A DNA stretch of 63,537 bases, the filler included, from Octopus bimaculoides (taxonomy: Eukaryota), in NCBI RefSeq assembly GCF_001194135.2. It is 8 parts of 7 records of this genome, joined end to end, with 100 filler letters (N's around TTAATTAATTAA, not from the genome) between each part and the next. Parts side by side here need not be neighbours in the genome. Positions count along the whole stretch, not along the records: positions 49,828 to 52,188 come from NW_026370853.1; positions 52,289 to 55,839 come from NC_068983.1; positions 55,940 to 57,659 come from NW_026393078.1; positions 57,760 to 63,537 come from NC_069005.1; 4 more parts are not named here. The stretch is one strand, 5' to 3'. Shown here in pieces: positions 50,925 to 63,537 of the stretch (positions are counted from its first letter, which is position 1; each line of letters opens with the position of its first letter). The notes under the pieces were generated by a model. The model was not told where the DNA came from and did no database searches. It saw nothing but the letters and a program-made list of their open reading frames with translations. The translations under genes were made by a program, and so were the position numbers.

Positions 50925-51110
50925 CTTGGCAGACAGTCAGACCGTCATTTAAAGATGTTTTTGTTACGTCCCCTACCTTAGCGGTTTGGCAAAAGAGACC
51001 GATAGAATAAGCTTACAAAGAACAAGTTCTTGACCGATTTGTTCGACTAAATGTGGTGCTTCAGCATGGCCACAGTCAAATGCCTGCAACAAATAAAAGA
51101 ATAAAGGCAT
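50925..51110 (+). mobile_element. SINE, second family, 3' half
   Basis: ttagcggtttggcaaaagagaccgatagaataag..cagcatggccacagtcaaatg. Confidence 0.8.
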
Positions 51111-52288
51111 AAAAGAAATTATTATTTCCTCTATTGTTCTTTTTTTTTTTTTTTTTTTTTTCCATTATTTTTCTTCCTTTTGTAAATGTCCTCTTTAACT
51201 TTTGTTCAGTTGTATTGTGATTGAATGGAATTTGTTTTATAACAAATTCTTTCAAGTGCTATATTTTATTGTTGAATTTAGGCTTTTAACAACCTTTAAC
51301 TTTCACGAGTGATATAAACCCTTGATTTAATTATCGGTCACTTGCTTTTTGTCTATATTTTGTAATTTTAACTGATCTTATTTTGTCAGAATAGTTTCTA
51401 GGCATAGAAAGAAATGAAGATCTCGTCTACTTTGTACGCAATGACAAGTTGAAACGAGCAAATAGTTGTGGTCACTTCTGGGCCCATTGTTTGGCATTCG
51501 GTTTAAAATAGGCCCACAACGCTATCTGGTTTATAGCTCCATACTAATTGCAAAGATCAACATATTTAAAAGATTCCTGGTATGAGTAAATAACCACTTC
51601 CTTATCAATCGCAATTACAAGAAAATTACTTTAAAGGAAGCACTTTGAAAATAAGTAACTTAGGCGCTTCAAACACGAATATCAATATAAACACATACCA
51701 GTAAGACTAAGAGAAACAGGGCGCATACAACGGCATCAGACGAATAGTATCGTAAATATTACGTAAGAATATTGGAAGGCAAGTTCAAACACAGATGCGC
51801 CAACGGCATTGCTTCATTTAGACATGCTTATATATTGACGCATATTTGCTAAACGGCACTGAATACCGAATTAAATGGAAAACAGACGAACAGTGAAAAC
51901 CATGCATTAACTAACAAGGTGATTTCAATTATGTACTGAAAAAAATCCCCTTACTAAACAAAGTATTTAAATATAAGATAATTGTCTTCTCCCATGTGTC
52001 TCGTTTTGCTGATAAGGTTCACGATGATAATGATGACATAGGCAGTAATTTTGTGGGAGAAGGAGTTGGTCGATCACATCAACCTCAGTTTTCAAACGGT
52101 GCTGAAATAAGACTTTGACGGGATCTTGTTCAAAACGGGGGCCACCAGTATTTTCTTAACGAAACACTAACGAAACACTTTGAAACTTNNNNNNNNNNNN
52201 NNNNNNNNNNNNNNNNNNNNNNNNNNNNNNNNTTAATTAATTAANNNNNNNNNNNNNNNNNNNNNNNNNNNNNNNNNNNNNNNNNNNN

Positions 52289-52326
<38 letters not shown>

Positions 52327-52344
52327 ATATTAGATCCCTACACA

Positions 52345-52440
52345 TTCCTATTTCAACCATCCATCTGCTTCTTCAATGCTTTAGTGCGCCTCCATGTTTC
52401 AGCCCTGTATAGAAGAACATACTCTACTGTTGCTAGAAAC
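52345..52440 (-). mobile_element. Small RTE-like LINE fragment
   Basis: FLATVEYVLLYRAETWRRTKALKKQMDG resembles the RTE LLYG.ETW motif. Confidence 0.55.
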
Positions 52441-52958
52441 AACCACACACACATGCGCAGATAAGGATACACACCATAGAAAGATAGAATGGACTAAACA
52501 GAACAGGAAGAGACACATGGAATGGAGAGTCGCTGAAGAGGCCACAGGACGTGTGACGAAGGATTCCTAGACAAAGGACATAAAGTAAGAACAATAATAA
52601 ATACGTTACGAAGTGAGGAAGGCTCTTTTTTGTTGTCGATGTGACTGAAATCGTATCAAGTGAAGCTCAAAACACACCCTAGCATCATTAATAAAGAAAG
52701 ACAAATTAGAAACCGTACACCCTGAAAGGCGATGTGTGTGTAGGTGCGTTGTTTAGTGGAGAGGTGTTGGGCGCTTGCTCGTAAGGTAATGGGCTACGAT
52801 TCTTGAACCAGCCGGTGGGTTGCGTCTTTTTGTGATGCACTGACTTTGCTCCAGTTCACTAAGCAGAAAAATTAGTACCAGTTAAGTGCTGGTGCAATCC
52901 TCTTTTCCTCCAGCTGTCATTTGTATGTATGAATGTATATATACACACGCATATGTGC

Positions 52959-53013
<55 letters not shown>

Positions 53014-53030
53014 CCTACCTTATCTTTCTT

Positions 53031-53104
<74 letters not shown>

Positions 53105-53876
53105 CACACGCACACACACATTTAAATATGAGTTAAAAGTAGCTTGAGGAATATAAACATCGAACACACATACATAAGGTACGTGTTGTGTGTTTGTGTG
53201 TGTGAGGACGCAGGTATGACCCGTTGAATAAGAAGTTCATTTCGCAATGATGAAGTCCTGTGTTCGTACCTACCTTTTGTTATCTTGGGAAATTGTTTTT
53301 TTATCATCATCTCAGATCGGTTCAAACTTTGGCATTGAAATAGAGTAGATGGAAAATGTGTGGAAGTGTATCCAGTAGATTGCACTCGTAATTCAATTTT
53401 ATAAAAGAATGACCGGAACTTCTATTCATCATAATTCTGTGTAATCAGGAAATGTTTGTATCTAGAGAACAACAACAGCAGCAACAACAAAAATAACCTT
53501 ATTAATAAAAAAAAAATCACACCAATACCAATCACAAAGACACACATAACCACAAAAGTCTACACCAATCACTACAAGCACAACAACATATCACCATGTA
53601 CCACTATAATAAGAATTACACCACCACCACCACCACCACCACAACCGACGACTACAACAACAAGTTGCAGCCCCTGAATTATGAACTTTTTTCAAACGTT
53701 TGATTGACGCCGATTTCTTCTCTCCTTACTTGTCCCACTCTTCAAAGCAGGAAGGTTAGTGAGGGCACAGCCCGCCTTTTTAGGGTTGTCAGAATCATAC
53801 CGTAGATTCATTTCCTCTCCCATCCCCACTGCTCTCTTTCTCTCTTTTTCTTTCTATGCATTTATTTGTGCGTGTG

Positions 53877-53959
<83 letters not shown>

Positions 53960-54806
53960 CGTGTTTCATACATACATACACACACAAACATATACTATTA
54001 CATACTTACACTCCGTCATAAATATATATATGCATATATGTAAAATTATTCTTACAAATTACATATACATACATGAAGTGTTCGGATACACACATACCTT
54101 TTTATACACATTTAGGCCAATACATTAACACGCACCCACACGTGTGCCCACACAACCACTTCGCTTCCTTCTCCTCTTTCTTCCTCTCACTTCACCTCTC
54201 TCTTTCGCACACATACATAGTATCATACGTTGATACAGATAATAAAATGCACGCACACACACACACACACACACACTCTCTCTCTCTCTCTCTCTCTCNN
54301 NNNNNNNNCTCTCTCTCTCTCTCTCTCTCTATCACACACACACACACACACACTTGCATACACAGACGTAAGAAAGAAACGAAGAAACGTGTGTATGGGA
54401 GATAGGTATGGATGAGGGTCAATGTGGGGTGGTAGGACGAATGGGAAAGTTTGTTATACGGTTTGTAATATAATGTGGGGACGTGACATCGCCAAATTCC
54501 TAGAGTTTTATGTATACATCCCATCCAGGCAGTTCACCAGCAACTACGCATTTACTTATTGGATAAACAACGAGAAGAACGTATAATGCAAACAATATTA
54601 CTATACTGCATGCAAACCGATATCAATATATACACTAACACAAATGCAGTTAAATTATCCACGACTTCTTTAAGTTTAACGTAACATTTTGTTAACGAAA
54701 TTCCAGTGATAGAGCTTTCTTTATGAAAACCAGTAGAAACTTTAGGAAGAAGTCTAATAAATAATAATAATTATTATTATTATTATCATAGTCGGGTTCT
54801 GGCCAG

Positions 54807-54854
<48 letters not shown>

Positions 54855-54869
54855 TGATGATGATGATGA

Positions 54870-55640
54870 TGATAGAGCACTGCTCTATCCAAAGAACGAA
54901 AACACCACAACATATACATATAAAATCTGGAAGAAAAATAACCTAGATAAGGAAAACCAATACATATAGCCACAAAACACGAAGAAAATAAAACTGTTTT
55001 CAGTCTTTAAGGAAGCTGGCAAATACAAACAAGAAGTCATAGTTGACACAGAAAGGCTATATGTACAACGTATCGAAGGTCGTAGACCTTATACAGCTAG
55101 AAAACTATTACAAAACAAGCACCACAGGACAAGAGAAATACCTACTTCAGAAGAAAGGATACAAATCGCCACAAAACACGAACAGAATAAAACTGTTTTC
55201 AGTCTTGAGGGAAGCTGGCAAACACAATGAAGAAAAAGAAGAAATCCAAACTAAAACTGGAACAGTAACTACTGGGTTAAACAAAACACAAAAAATAGGC
55301 AAAGCAAAGACTGAAGGATTTTTAATTACAGCACAAGACCAAAGCTACCTCACCAGAAATTATCAAACACATAAAAACGAAAAATAAATAACAAGTAACT
55401 GCAGAATATGTGGAGATGGACAAGAAACCATTAATATCGTCTCTGGCTGCCCAGTACTGGCTAAGAAGGAATATATTCGCAGACAAGACAGAGTTGGGAC
55501 CTACATACACTGGAAGCTATGCCAACACTATGGAATAACAACAGAAAAAAGATGGTATAGGCACACGCCAGAAAAGGTCACAGAAAATGAGAAAACAACA
55601 ACACTATGGAATATGACAATACACACAGATAGAGAACAAC
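54870..55640 (+). mobile_element. R4/Dong-like LINE zinc-knuckle/RLE fragment between (AAT)n tracts, with an internal duplication of about 200-bp period
   Basis: KTEGFLITAQDQSYLTRNY; CRICGDGQETINIVSGCPVLAKKEYIRRQDRVGTYIHWKLCQHYG..WYRHTPEKV.EN..LWNM.IHTDR. Confidence 0.88.
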
Positions 55641-55643
55641 AAC

Positions 55644-55705
<62 letters not shown>

Positions 55706-55839
55706 GCAGTTCTGAAGTCTGAGCTGAATGCTTATAATAAGGTGTTAGCCATAAATTCCTTAGCAGTCCCAGTTGTTCTTTATAGCTCCAATGTGCTTAA
55801 CTGGAATACCAGTGAAATAGTCAGAATTGATAGAAAAAT
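55706..55839 (+). mobile_element. Second R4/Dong-like fragment starting directly after (AAT)n
   Basis: AVLKSELNAYNKVLAINSLAVPVVLYS..LNW....IDRK. Confidence 0.8.
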
Positions 55840-57762
55840 NNNNNNNNNNNNNNNNNNNNNNNNNNNNNNNNNNNNNNNNNNNNTTAATTAATTAANNNNN
55901 NNNNNNNNNNNNNNNNNNNNNNNNNNNNNNNNNNNNNNNGTGTGTGTGTTTGTGTGTGTGTATGTACGTATATGTGTTTGCACACACACACAAACACACA
56001 CACACACACACACACATATAAATATACACACATATATATACTGGCACGCACAAGCCCACACAAAGTAATCATACGCACGCAGATAAGTGTGTAGTGATTA
56101 AAGAAATAAACAATGCTGAATATATTGCATAGAATTTGACCATATTTATATTTAAACTGGAGATTTCGCCGTGACTTAATACTCGCGCAGACATAAGGAC
56201 ATGCTTACATAAACATATACATACATTGGTACATAAACACACATGCATGCACACACACACACGCACGCACGGACATACACGCACGTACACATATACCTAT
56301 TTAGATATGTACATTCATGGGAATGTACACATACGTGCTTATGTATATGTATGTGCATGAGCAATATATATATATATATATATANNNNNNNNNNNNNNNN
56401 NNNNNNNNNNNNNNNNNNNNNNNNNNNNNNNNNNNNNNNNNNNNNNNNNNNNNNNNNNNNNNNNNNNNNNNNNNNNNNNNNNNNNNNNNNNNNNNNNNNN
56501 NNNNNNNNNNNNNNNNNNNNNNNNNNNNNNNNNNNNNNNNNNNNNNNNNNNNNNNNNNNNNNNNNNNNNNNNNNNNNNNNNNNNNNNNNNNNNNNNNNNN
56601 NNNNNNNNNNNNNNNNNNNNNNNNNNNNNNNNNNNNNNNNNNNNNNNNNNNNNNNNNNNNNNNNNTGTGTTTCCGTCGCGAAAAAGTACAAAATCTGTAA
56701 GCTGTAGGAAGAACAGATTGTATGTATATAAATATATGAATGAAATGTTTGAAGAAAGTGCAATAATAACGTTTACACTCACTGATGGTTACTCTCAGTA
56801 ACTCACTTTAGCTTTGAGTTTTTGTTTCTATAACTATAGAAAAGCAACCAGAAGGACAGACATATTGTTGAGAACAAATGATTTCGTTGGAGGTCTGTTA
56901 TCTCCATTCCAGCCCCTGGTGGTTTAGAAGAGGTTAGAAGGGTCAAGTGGAAAAAGCATTATACTGCTTAGCGAAGGCATCTGGGAAATGTATAACTGCT
57001 GTCATTCACAAAAAACTATTGTTTTACGTCAGAAATGCGCTGTTCAAGTGCTAAGTGAAATTTGGCAATCGAGGATCGAATTCATGCTATGCTTGCATGA
57101 ACCACTACAAATACGTTGTGGAATAAAAAGATTTATCTACCGTCATGGAAAATGTGTAACTGTAAAAATGCAGAATTATCGGAGTAATGGGCATTCAAAA
57201 CAAGTATGTATGTATAGAAATATATGAATGAAGTCATTAAGGTTTAAATTAAGGAACTGCAAAAAGAATGCTTAGCAGTTCAAATCTCTGAGTAGTGAAA
57301 TGCAGAATTAGATCGTCTTTTCGTGAGAATAAAATATTGATCGCTTCGCTAAAAACTGCAGGTGGTATGGGTTATTTCCCTTGGGTTGTTTAAATAAAAT
57401 ATTAGTCATATGTAGTAGATAAAAGGATCCATTGGAGGGGGCCGTATTATCGATATTTTTAAACAATCTAAGTATGTCACGAGTTTTCCAGACAGTTCTA
57501 CTCACATGTCAAATAAAGTATAAAAGTGATATTATCTTCAAAAATTAGAATTTGGACACACAAAGTAATTGAACATAAACAATGAAATGTATTATTCTCC
57601 TTGAGTGTTTCAAAAAATATTATGCAGATGCAATGAGTTATTTCTCTTGATTATTTTTTNNNNNNNNNNNNNNNNNNNNNNNNNNNNNNNNNNNNNNNNN
57701 NNNTTAATTAATTAANNNNNNNNNNNNNNNNNNNNNNNNNNNNNNNNNNNNNNNNNNNNACC

Positions 57763-58317
<555 letters not shown>

Positions 58318-58949
58318 NNNNNNNNNNNNNNNNNNNNNNNNNNNNNNNNNNNNNNNNNNNNNNNNNNNNNNNNNNNNNNNNNNNNNNNNNNNNNNNNNNN
58401 NNNNNNNNNNNNNNNNNNNNNNNNNNNNNNNNNNNNNNNNNNNNNNNNNNNNNNNNNNNNNNNNNNNNNNNNNNNNNNNNNNNNNNNNNNNNNNNNNNNN
58501 NNNNNNNNNNNNNNNNNNNNNNNNNNNNNNNNNNNNNNNNNNNNNNNNNNNNNNNNNNNNNNNNNNNNNNNNNNNNNNNNNNNNNNNNNNNNNNNNNNNN
58601 NNNNNNNNNNNNNNNNNNNNNNNNNNNNNNNNNNNNNNNNNNNNNNNNNNNNATATATATATATATACATACATACATGCGTAAAGGTACATATATATTT
58701 ACTTTTATGTATGTATGTGTGGGTTTATGGCAGCTGTACATAGATATGCATTCGTGTAGTTATAGAGCTGTAAACTCTGTGTGTGTGTGTGCACTTGTGT
58801 GTATATGTGTGTGTATGCATACGCACATATATATATATATATATGTGTGTATATATCCTTATATACTAAGCGTGTGAGCTCTTTGAGAACAAAATATTAA
58901 TTTAATGAAAACAAAAATATTTATTATAAAAATGCTACATCCTGATTGA

Positions 58950-59150
58950 TTTCAGATTCCGCCGAGATCGATTTACTTTTCATCCTTTCGGGGGTCGATA
59001 AATTAAGTACCAGTTGAATACTGTGGGTCGATGTAATCGACACATCTGACCCCCACCCACCCAAATGGCCGTTGTCGTGGCACCGCCGGGGGTGACTTTG
59101 CCTTTCATCCTTTCGGGGTCGATAAATCAAGTACCAGTGAAACACTTGTG
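58950..59150 (+). mobile_element. Two tandem SINE core fragments
   Basis: tttcatcctttcggggtcgataaa..aagtaccag occurs twice. Confidence 0.85.
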
Positions 59151-59294
59151 TTTATAATAGAAACGATTATTATCATTAATATTCTTGTTGTTTTTGCTGT
59201 TGATGTTGTTTTGTTGTTGTTGTTACTGCTCCTGTTGTTGTTGTTGTTGTTATTCTCGTTACTGGTTGTGTTGTTGTTGATGTTAGTGTTTTCG

Positions 59295-59329
<35 letters not shown>

Positions 59330-59944
59330 CACGTATTGATTCTCGTCTGTCGCTCTGTCAACATACCAGCTGAAACCGCGAGACATTCCCTGTCGTCATC
59401 AGCTGCAGACGACAGGAGGCCATTACGACTCCGGCATCTTGCCGGCGCCTTCCGATCTGACAGGCATATTGCTCTCTCTCCAGCTGTGACTAGCAGCATG
59501 GAGCTGCTTGGGAATGTCCGGAGAATCATAAAACATGAGGAAATATGAAGGAACGTACACAGAATTAATGGAAATAATTAGCAAAGCTGGGAAATAGAAA
59601 TAAAAACAGTTGAAGTACAGATATTGCCTTACACTGCTTGCTTGTAAAAATCAATTGTGTCTCTTTATATACAATGTACTAACGCTTCAAATCTTTCCTA
59701 TAACGAGGACGTTCATATATATGTATGTGTGTGTGTGTGATACATACATGCATACACACACACACATTCACGTATGTATGTGTGTATATATATGTGTGTG
59801 TATATATATATCTGTATATTCAAATATATGTACATATCTACGTGTGTATATGCATGTATGTATACGTATTTATTCATGCACATATATATATATGTGTGTT
59901 TAAGTTAATAGTTAATGGCTCAATAATGCTTTAAAATCTCACTC

Positions 59945-60310
59945 ACAGGGCGAAACGCCTGAGATTGTTTAAATGCTTTTCTTTACGAGTATATGGATGC
60001 ACGTACGTAGCACCCACCAAAGCTATGAACTTCGTACGAAGTTCATTGTGCAGAATACTCTCAACTCTCTCAGGTGATATGCTAATAGCATTGGCTATTT
60101 GATTTACAATCAATCGCCTGTCGCCTATTGCCATGTGGTGAACACGATCCATGTTTTCCTCGGTGGTGACAGCTGCAGGATGTCCAAATCTTGGATCATT
60201 TTCAAAACTTGCTGTTTTCTTCCCAAATTCGGTTGCCCCAAGTTGCCGTTTCCTTCCCAAATTCAGTTGCCCCAAGCTTGAGCGTCATCCCATAATGTAC
60301 CAAGCATGTT
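59945..60310 (-). mobile_element. Mariner transposase N-terminal fragment
   Basis: SFENDPRFGHPAAVTTEENMDRVHHM..GDRRL.VNQIANAISISPERVESILHNEL. Confidence 0.8.
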
Positions 60311-60467
60311 AGCCTGAATATTTTTAGGGGCTAAGCCCTTTTTCCTGTGGCTACTTGATAACACCACGATGCCAAAATTTGTTGATTTTCAAGAGAAGTT
60401 GTTACTAGTTATTTTTTAAGTCTTCATTGAACAGTCAGATGTCAGTTGATCTATGAAAAATTGATGA

Positions 60468-60832
60468 CAGTGGTGAGTATGGTCCGCGTGTATGGGCCTG
60501 CCCTGAGCAAGCGCTTTTAGATTAGAGAAAAAACAGGAAAGCACTTGCGGGATTTACACAGGTAGATCACGGATGTCTTTCCTACGGTAGGGGAACATTT
60601 TATTGTAGGGAAATTCGCTTGAAAAGAAAACTGTAAATGAAAAGAGAAGTGTTACCTTTCATCAAATTTTATGGCAGTTGGATTGCAGTGGTAAAGGACG
60701 GTCCGCGTGAATGGGCCTGCAATGAGCAAGCGCTTTGAGGCTTGCCTGAACTATCAAGATGACCCCGTTTACGCGGGGTTTCAATGGCTAGTTCGCGGAT
60801 GTCTTTTCCACTGTAGGGGAACATTTTATTGT
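60468..60832. repeat. Two tandem units (219-bp period) with conserved ends and divergent middles
   Basis: Both units carry cagtggt..ggtccgcgtg.atgggcctgc...gagcaagcgcttt and cggatgtcttt..ac.gtaggggaacattttattgt. Confidence 0.85.
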
Positions 60833-61183
60833 TGAAATTTCTTGTCACTTCATTGTTTTTGTTATGAATTTGTGTAGAATGAGTATTCGTACATCTGTGT
60901 TTACTTGGATACCGCGCGGCAGTAATACGATCTCATCACAGGATCAACAGTTATCAGTGTGTGCGATATATGCAGCGTGTGCGATGTATGCTGGGCAGGC
61001 AGCTGGTAAATTGGGGGGAAATATGGTGCTGGAGGAGGAGGAGGAGGAGGAGGAGGAGGAGGAGGCATTGGTGTTTGTGGTGGTGGAGTGGTGGTTTTGG
61101 TGGAGGTGCCTGTGGTGGTGATGCGTACGGTAGCATGATGGTGGCAGTGGCCTATATCACATATAAGATATATCAGATGTGTA

Positions 61184-61225
<42 letters not shown>

Positions 61226-61413
61226 ATATATATATATGCTTATATTTTATACAGACACACACATGTATGTATGTGCGTATATGTATATATGCAAATATAT
61301 AAACTTAGTCATGATTTACATATAAATATATATTTATATATTCATGTATATATATGTATATATATGTGTGTGTATGTATGTATATATGCGCATATATACG
61401 CACACACAAATAC

Positions 61414-61450
<37 letters not shown>

Positions 61451-62439
61451 TAGATAGAGAGGAAAATAGGTATATATGCATGTATGTATGTATGTATGTA
61501 TGCAAATGTGTTATCTTAAGAAATCTTAACAGCAGAGAGCAAAGAAAATTAATCGCTCTCTTGACTTTTGGCTTATAATTCCCTAAATGTGCCTATGTAT
61601 GTATGTATGTATGTATGTATGTATGTATGTATGTATGTGTGTGTGTGTGTGTGAGTGAGTGTGTGTGTGTGTGTGTATTTTGCTGGGTAGTAAACAGATC
61701 ATAATTCCTATCAAATTCAGTTATCACTCCTTTATTTTCAGCGCTTGTATTTCGACGGCTTTCTAAAAAAAAAAAAAAAAAAAAAAAAATCCTTATGACA
61801 ACAAGTTATGTATAACAGCTGTCCTAGAGCCCGCCTTTTTTCCCCACCACGGACAGGGTTCATGCAGGATAATTCTTCCATGGACCGGAGTAGCACGTGC
61901 GTAGTAAAATACAATAAAGTGCACTATACATGCATACATACATACATACATACATATATTAGTTTCCGCGTTTTCGCTTTCCTTTTTTTACATTCATCAG
62001 GCCGAGGATACCTTAGTCAAATGAAGGTTACATTGTCGTCGAGGGACCCATGTTATCTTGCAGGCTCCTGTGAGTTAATACGGCCCATCGTATCTTCTCA
62101 ACCCCTTGTCACAGATCTAAATGAAACCCTTTTATCTACTTAAATATAATCACATAATTTTTGCCCCTAATTTCTCTTTAATCCATTATGGAAGAACTGG
62201 ATATGCAGGTTCGACCCTCTGAATCTTCCATGAGAAAATGCTTGCTTCGGTATCTTTACTCGCATGGCAACGATGTATACTAATAATTATATAAATAGTC
62301 GACGTGCTCCGAGGGAATTCAAAGATGTAACATAATCCAAGTGTAAAGGTATTGTACTCCAAATCAGTGATGGAAGGACGTAGAATATCCGTGTGAGCGT
62401 GCAATAAAAGGAAAGTTCAAGAACAAAAAGAACAAAATC

Positions 62440-62620
62440 GGAAAAAACCCCAACAAAAGTCAACTGGACGTAAACAGCAAATATATTAGTCTGAGGCTCG
62501 TGGAATGGGGAAAGCTCTTTTTAAGAAAAAAATATGACGTTTCGAGCGTGGCTCTTCGTTGGAAAGAGGAATAAATCCAGAGAAGAGGAAAAGGATGAAA
62601 AAATAGGTAGTTTATAGAAA
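62440..62620 (-). mobile_element. PLE-type terminal repeat, family A, with interrupted hammerhead motif (62515-62568)
   Basis: Minus strand: CUCUUU-CCAACGA-A-GAGC-cac-GCUC-GAAAC-GUC-[15-nt insert]-AAAGAG; homologous to 11380-11560. Confidence 0.65.
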
Positions 62621-62731
62621 AGCACATGTGTCCTTACATGGCCAAAAAATGGTTACCTATATGTCCAACTATAGATACTGCGTAGGATGTCTCTTGGAGT
62701 CAACCTTTAAATCAGAGGTTCCGATCCTTTT

Positions 62732-62785
<54 letters not shown>

Positions 62786-63057
62786 CTTTCTTTCTCTCTC
62801 TGTTTCTCTTTCTCTCTATATGTATGCGTGTATGTGTATATCTATATATACATACATATATACACACACATAAATGTACTTGCATATATACATTATCTAT
62901 ACTTATACGTCCGTATATATATATACTTACATATATAGACACAGCCATGTATAGACAGGTGCACGAACACGTGTATACATATACATACATTTCTAAATAT
63001 ACATATGTATACACCCCACCATATATATATATATATATGTATATACACACGCACACG

Positions 63058-63100
<43 letters not shown>

Positions 63101-63388
63101 GTACATACATACATGCATACATGCATACATACATACACACATGCATACATACATATGCTGAATATTGCTTACGTGTTCGTTTCCGTTTTCGCCATCTCCG
63201 CCATATTTATTTAACAAGAAGCCATAGATCCAGAGATAACACAGACGAACCTTGTTTCTGAGATGGCACTTCACACGATGTTATTGTTATTGTTGTTGTT
63301 GCTGCCGCTGTGGTTGGTTGCGTGGTTGTCGTTGGTTTTCCTGTAAGCATCATTCCATAATAAAAGTTATCTTAACAAACTCAGTTAT

Positions 63389-63435
<47 letters not shown>

Positions 63436-63537
63436 GTTTATGCCACATCTTCCTCATCGTATTTCCTTCCTTTGTGACGATCAGGAAATCGGACTCTTTT
63501 GAATCAGTCGATCCTCTCCCCCTTCCCCCTTCCCCAT

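Noticed and set aside
23603-57715. Recurrent ttaattaattaa islands between N runs (near 23603, 40883, 47249, 49772, 52233, 55884 and 57704)
   Set aside because: An identical 12-mer always embedded in N padding is an assembly or scaffolding spacer, not a biological repeat or CRISPR-like array.
59370-59420. CUGAUGA on the minus strand as another hammerhead
   Set aside because: No GAAA follows the putative stem II, so the core is incomplete.
60718-60752. SECIS or kink-turn-like AUGA..CUGA hairpin
   Set aside because: The helix is only 6 bp, there are no apical AA residues, and it is absent from the sister unit.

Overview
Eukaryotic, AT-rich, microsatellite-saturated draft-assembly sequence with many N gaps. 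The SINE families, TTAGGG repeats and assembly style point to an octopus (inference from recalled repeat consensus, not a database search). I could not support any host protein-coding gene, and nearly all listed ORFs are microsatellite or gap artefacts, so the window reads as intron or intergenic DNA. It holds many transposon remnants: tRNA-type SINEs (two with clear TSDs), RTE, R4/Dong-like and Tx1/L1-like LINE fragments, three Penelope-like element (PLE) coding remnants, a full-length decayed Tc1 and three mariner remnants, a Helitron 3' end and many foldback or MITE structures. The most notable observations are: (1) hammerhead-ribozyme motifs in two families of dispersed PLE-type repeats, one with a 15-nt insertion exactly at the cleavage site; (2) an 8-bp-TSD foldback transposon carrying head-to-head TTAGGG/CCCTAA arrays; (3) a Tc1 transposase split by a 91-nt GT-AG intron, with long TIRs that include the end of the ORF; (4) an 82-bp, 81/82-identical inverted SINE pair and a high density of other long inverted repeats, which are potential dsRNA/ADAR substrates.
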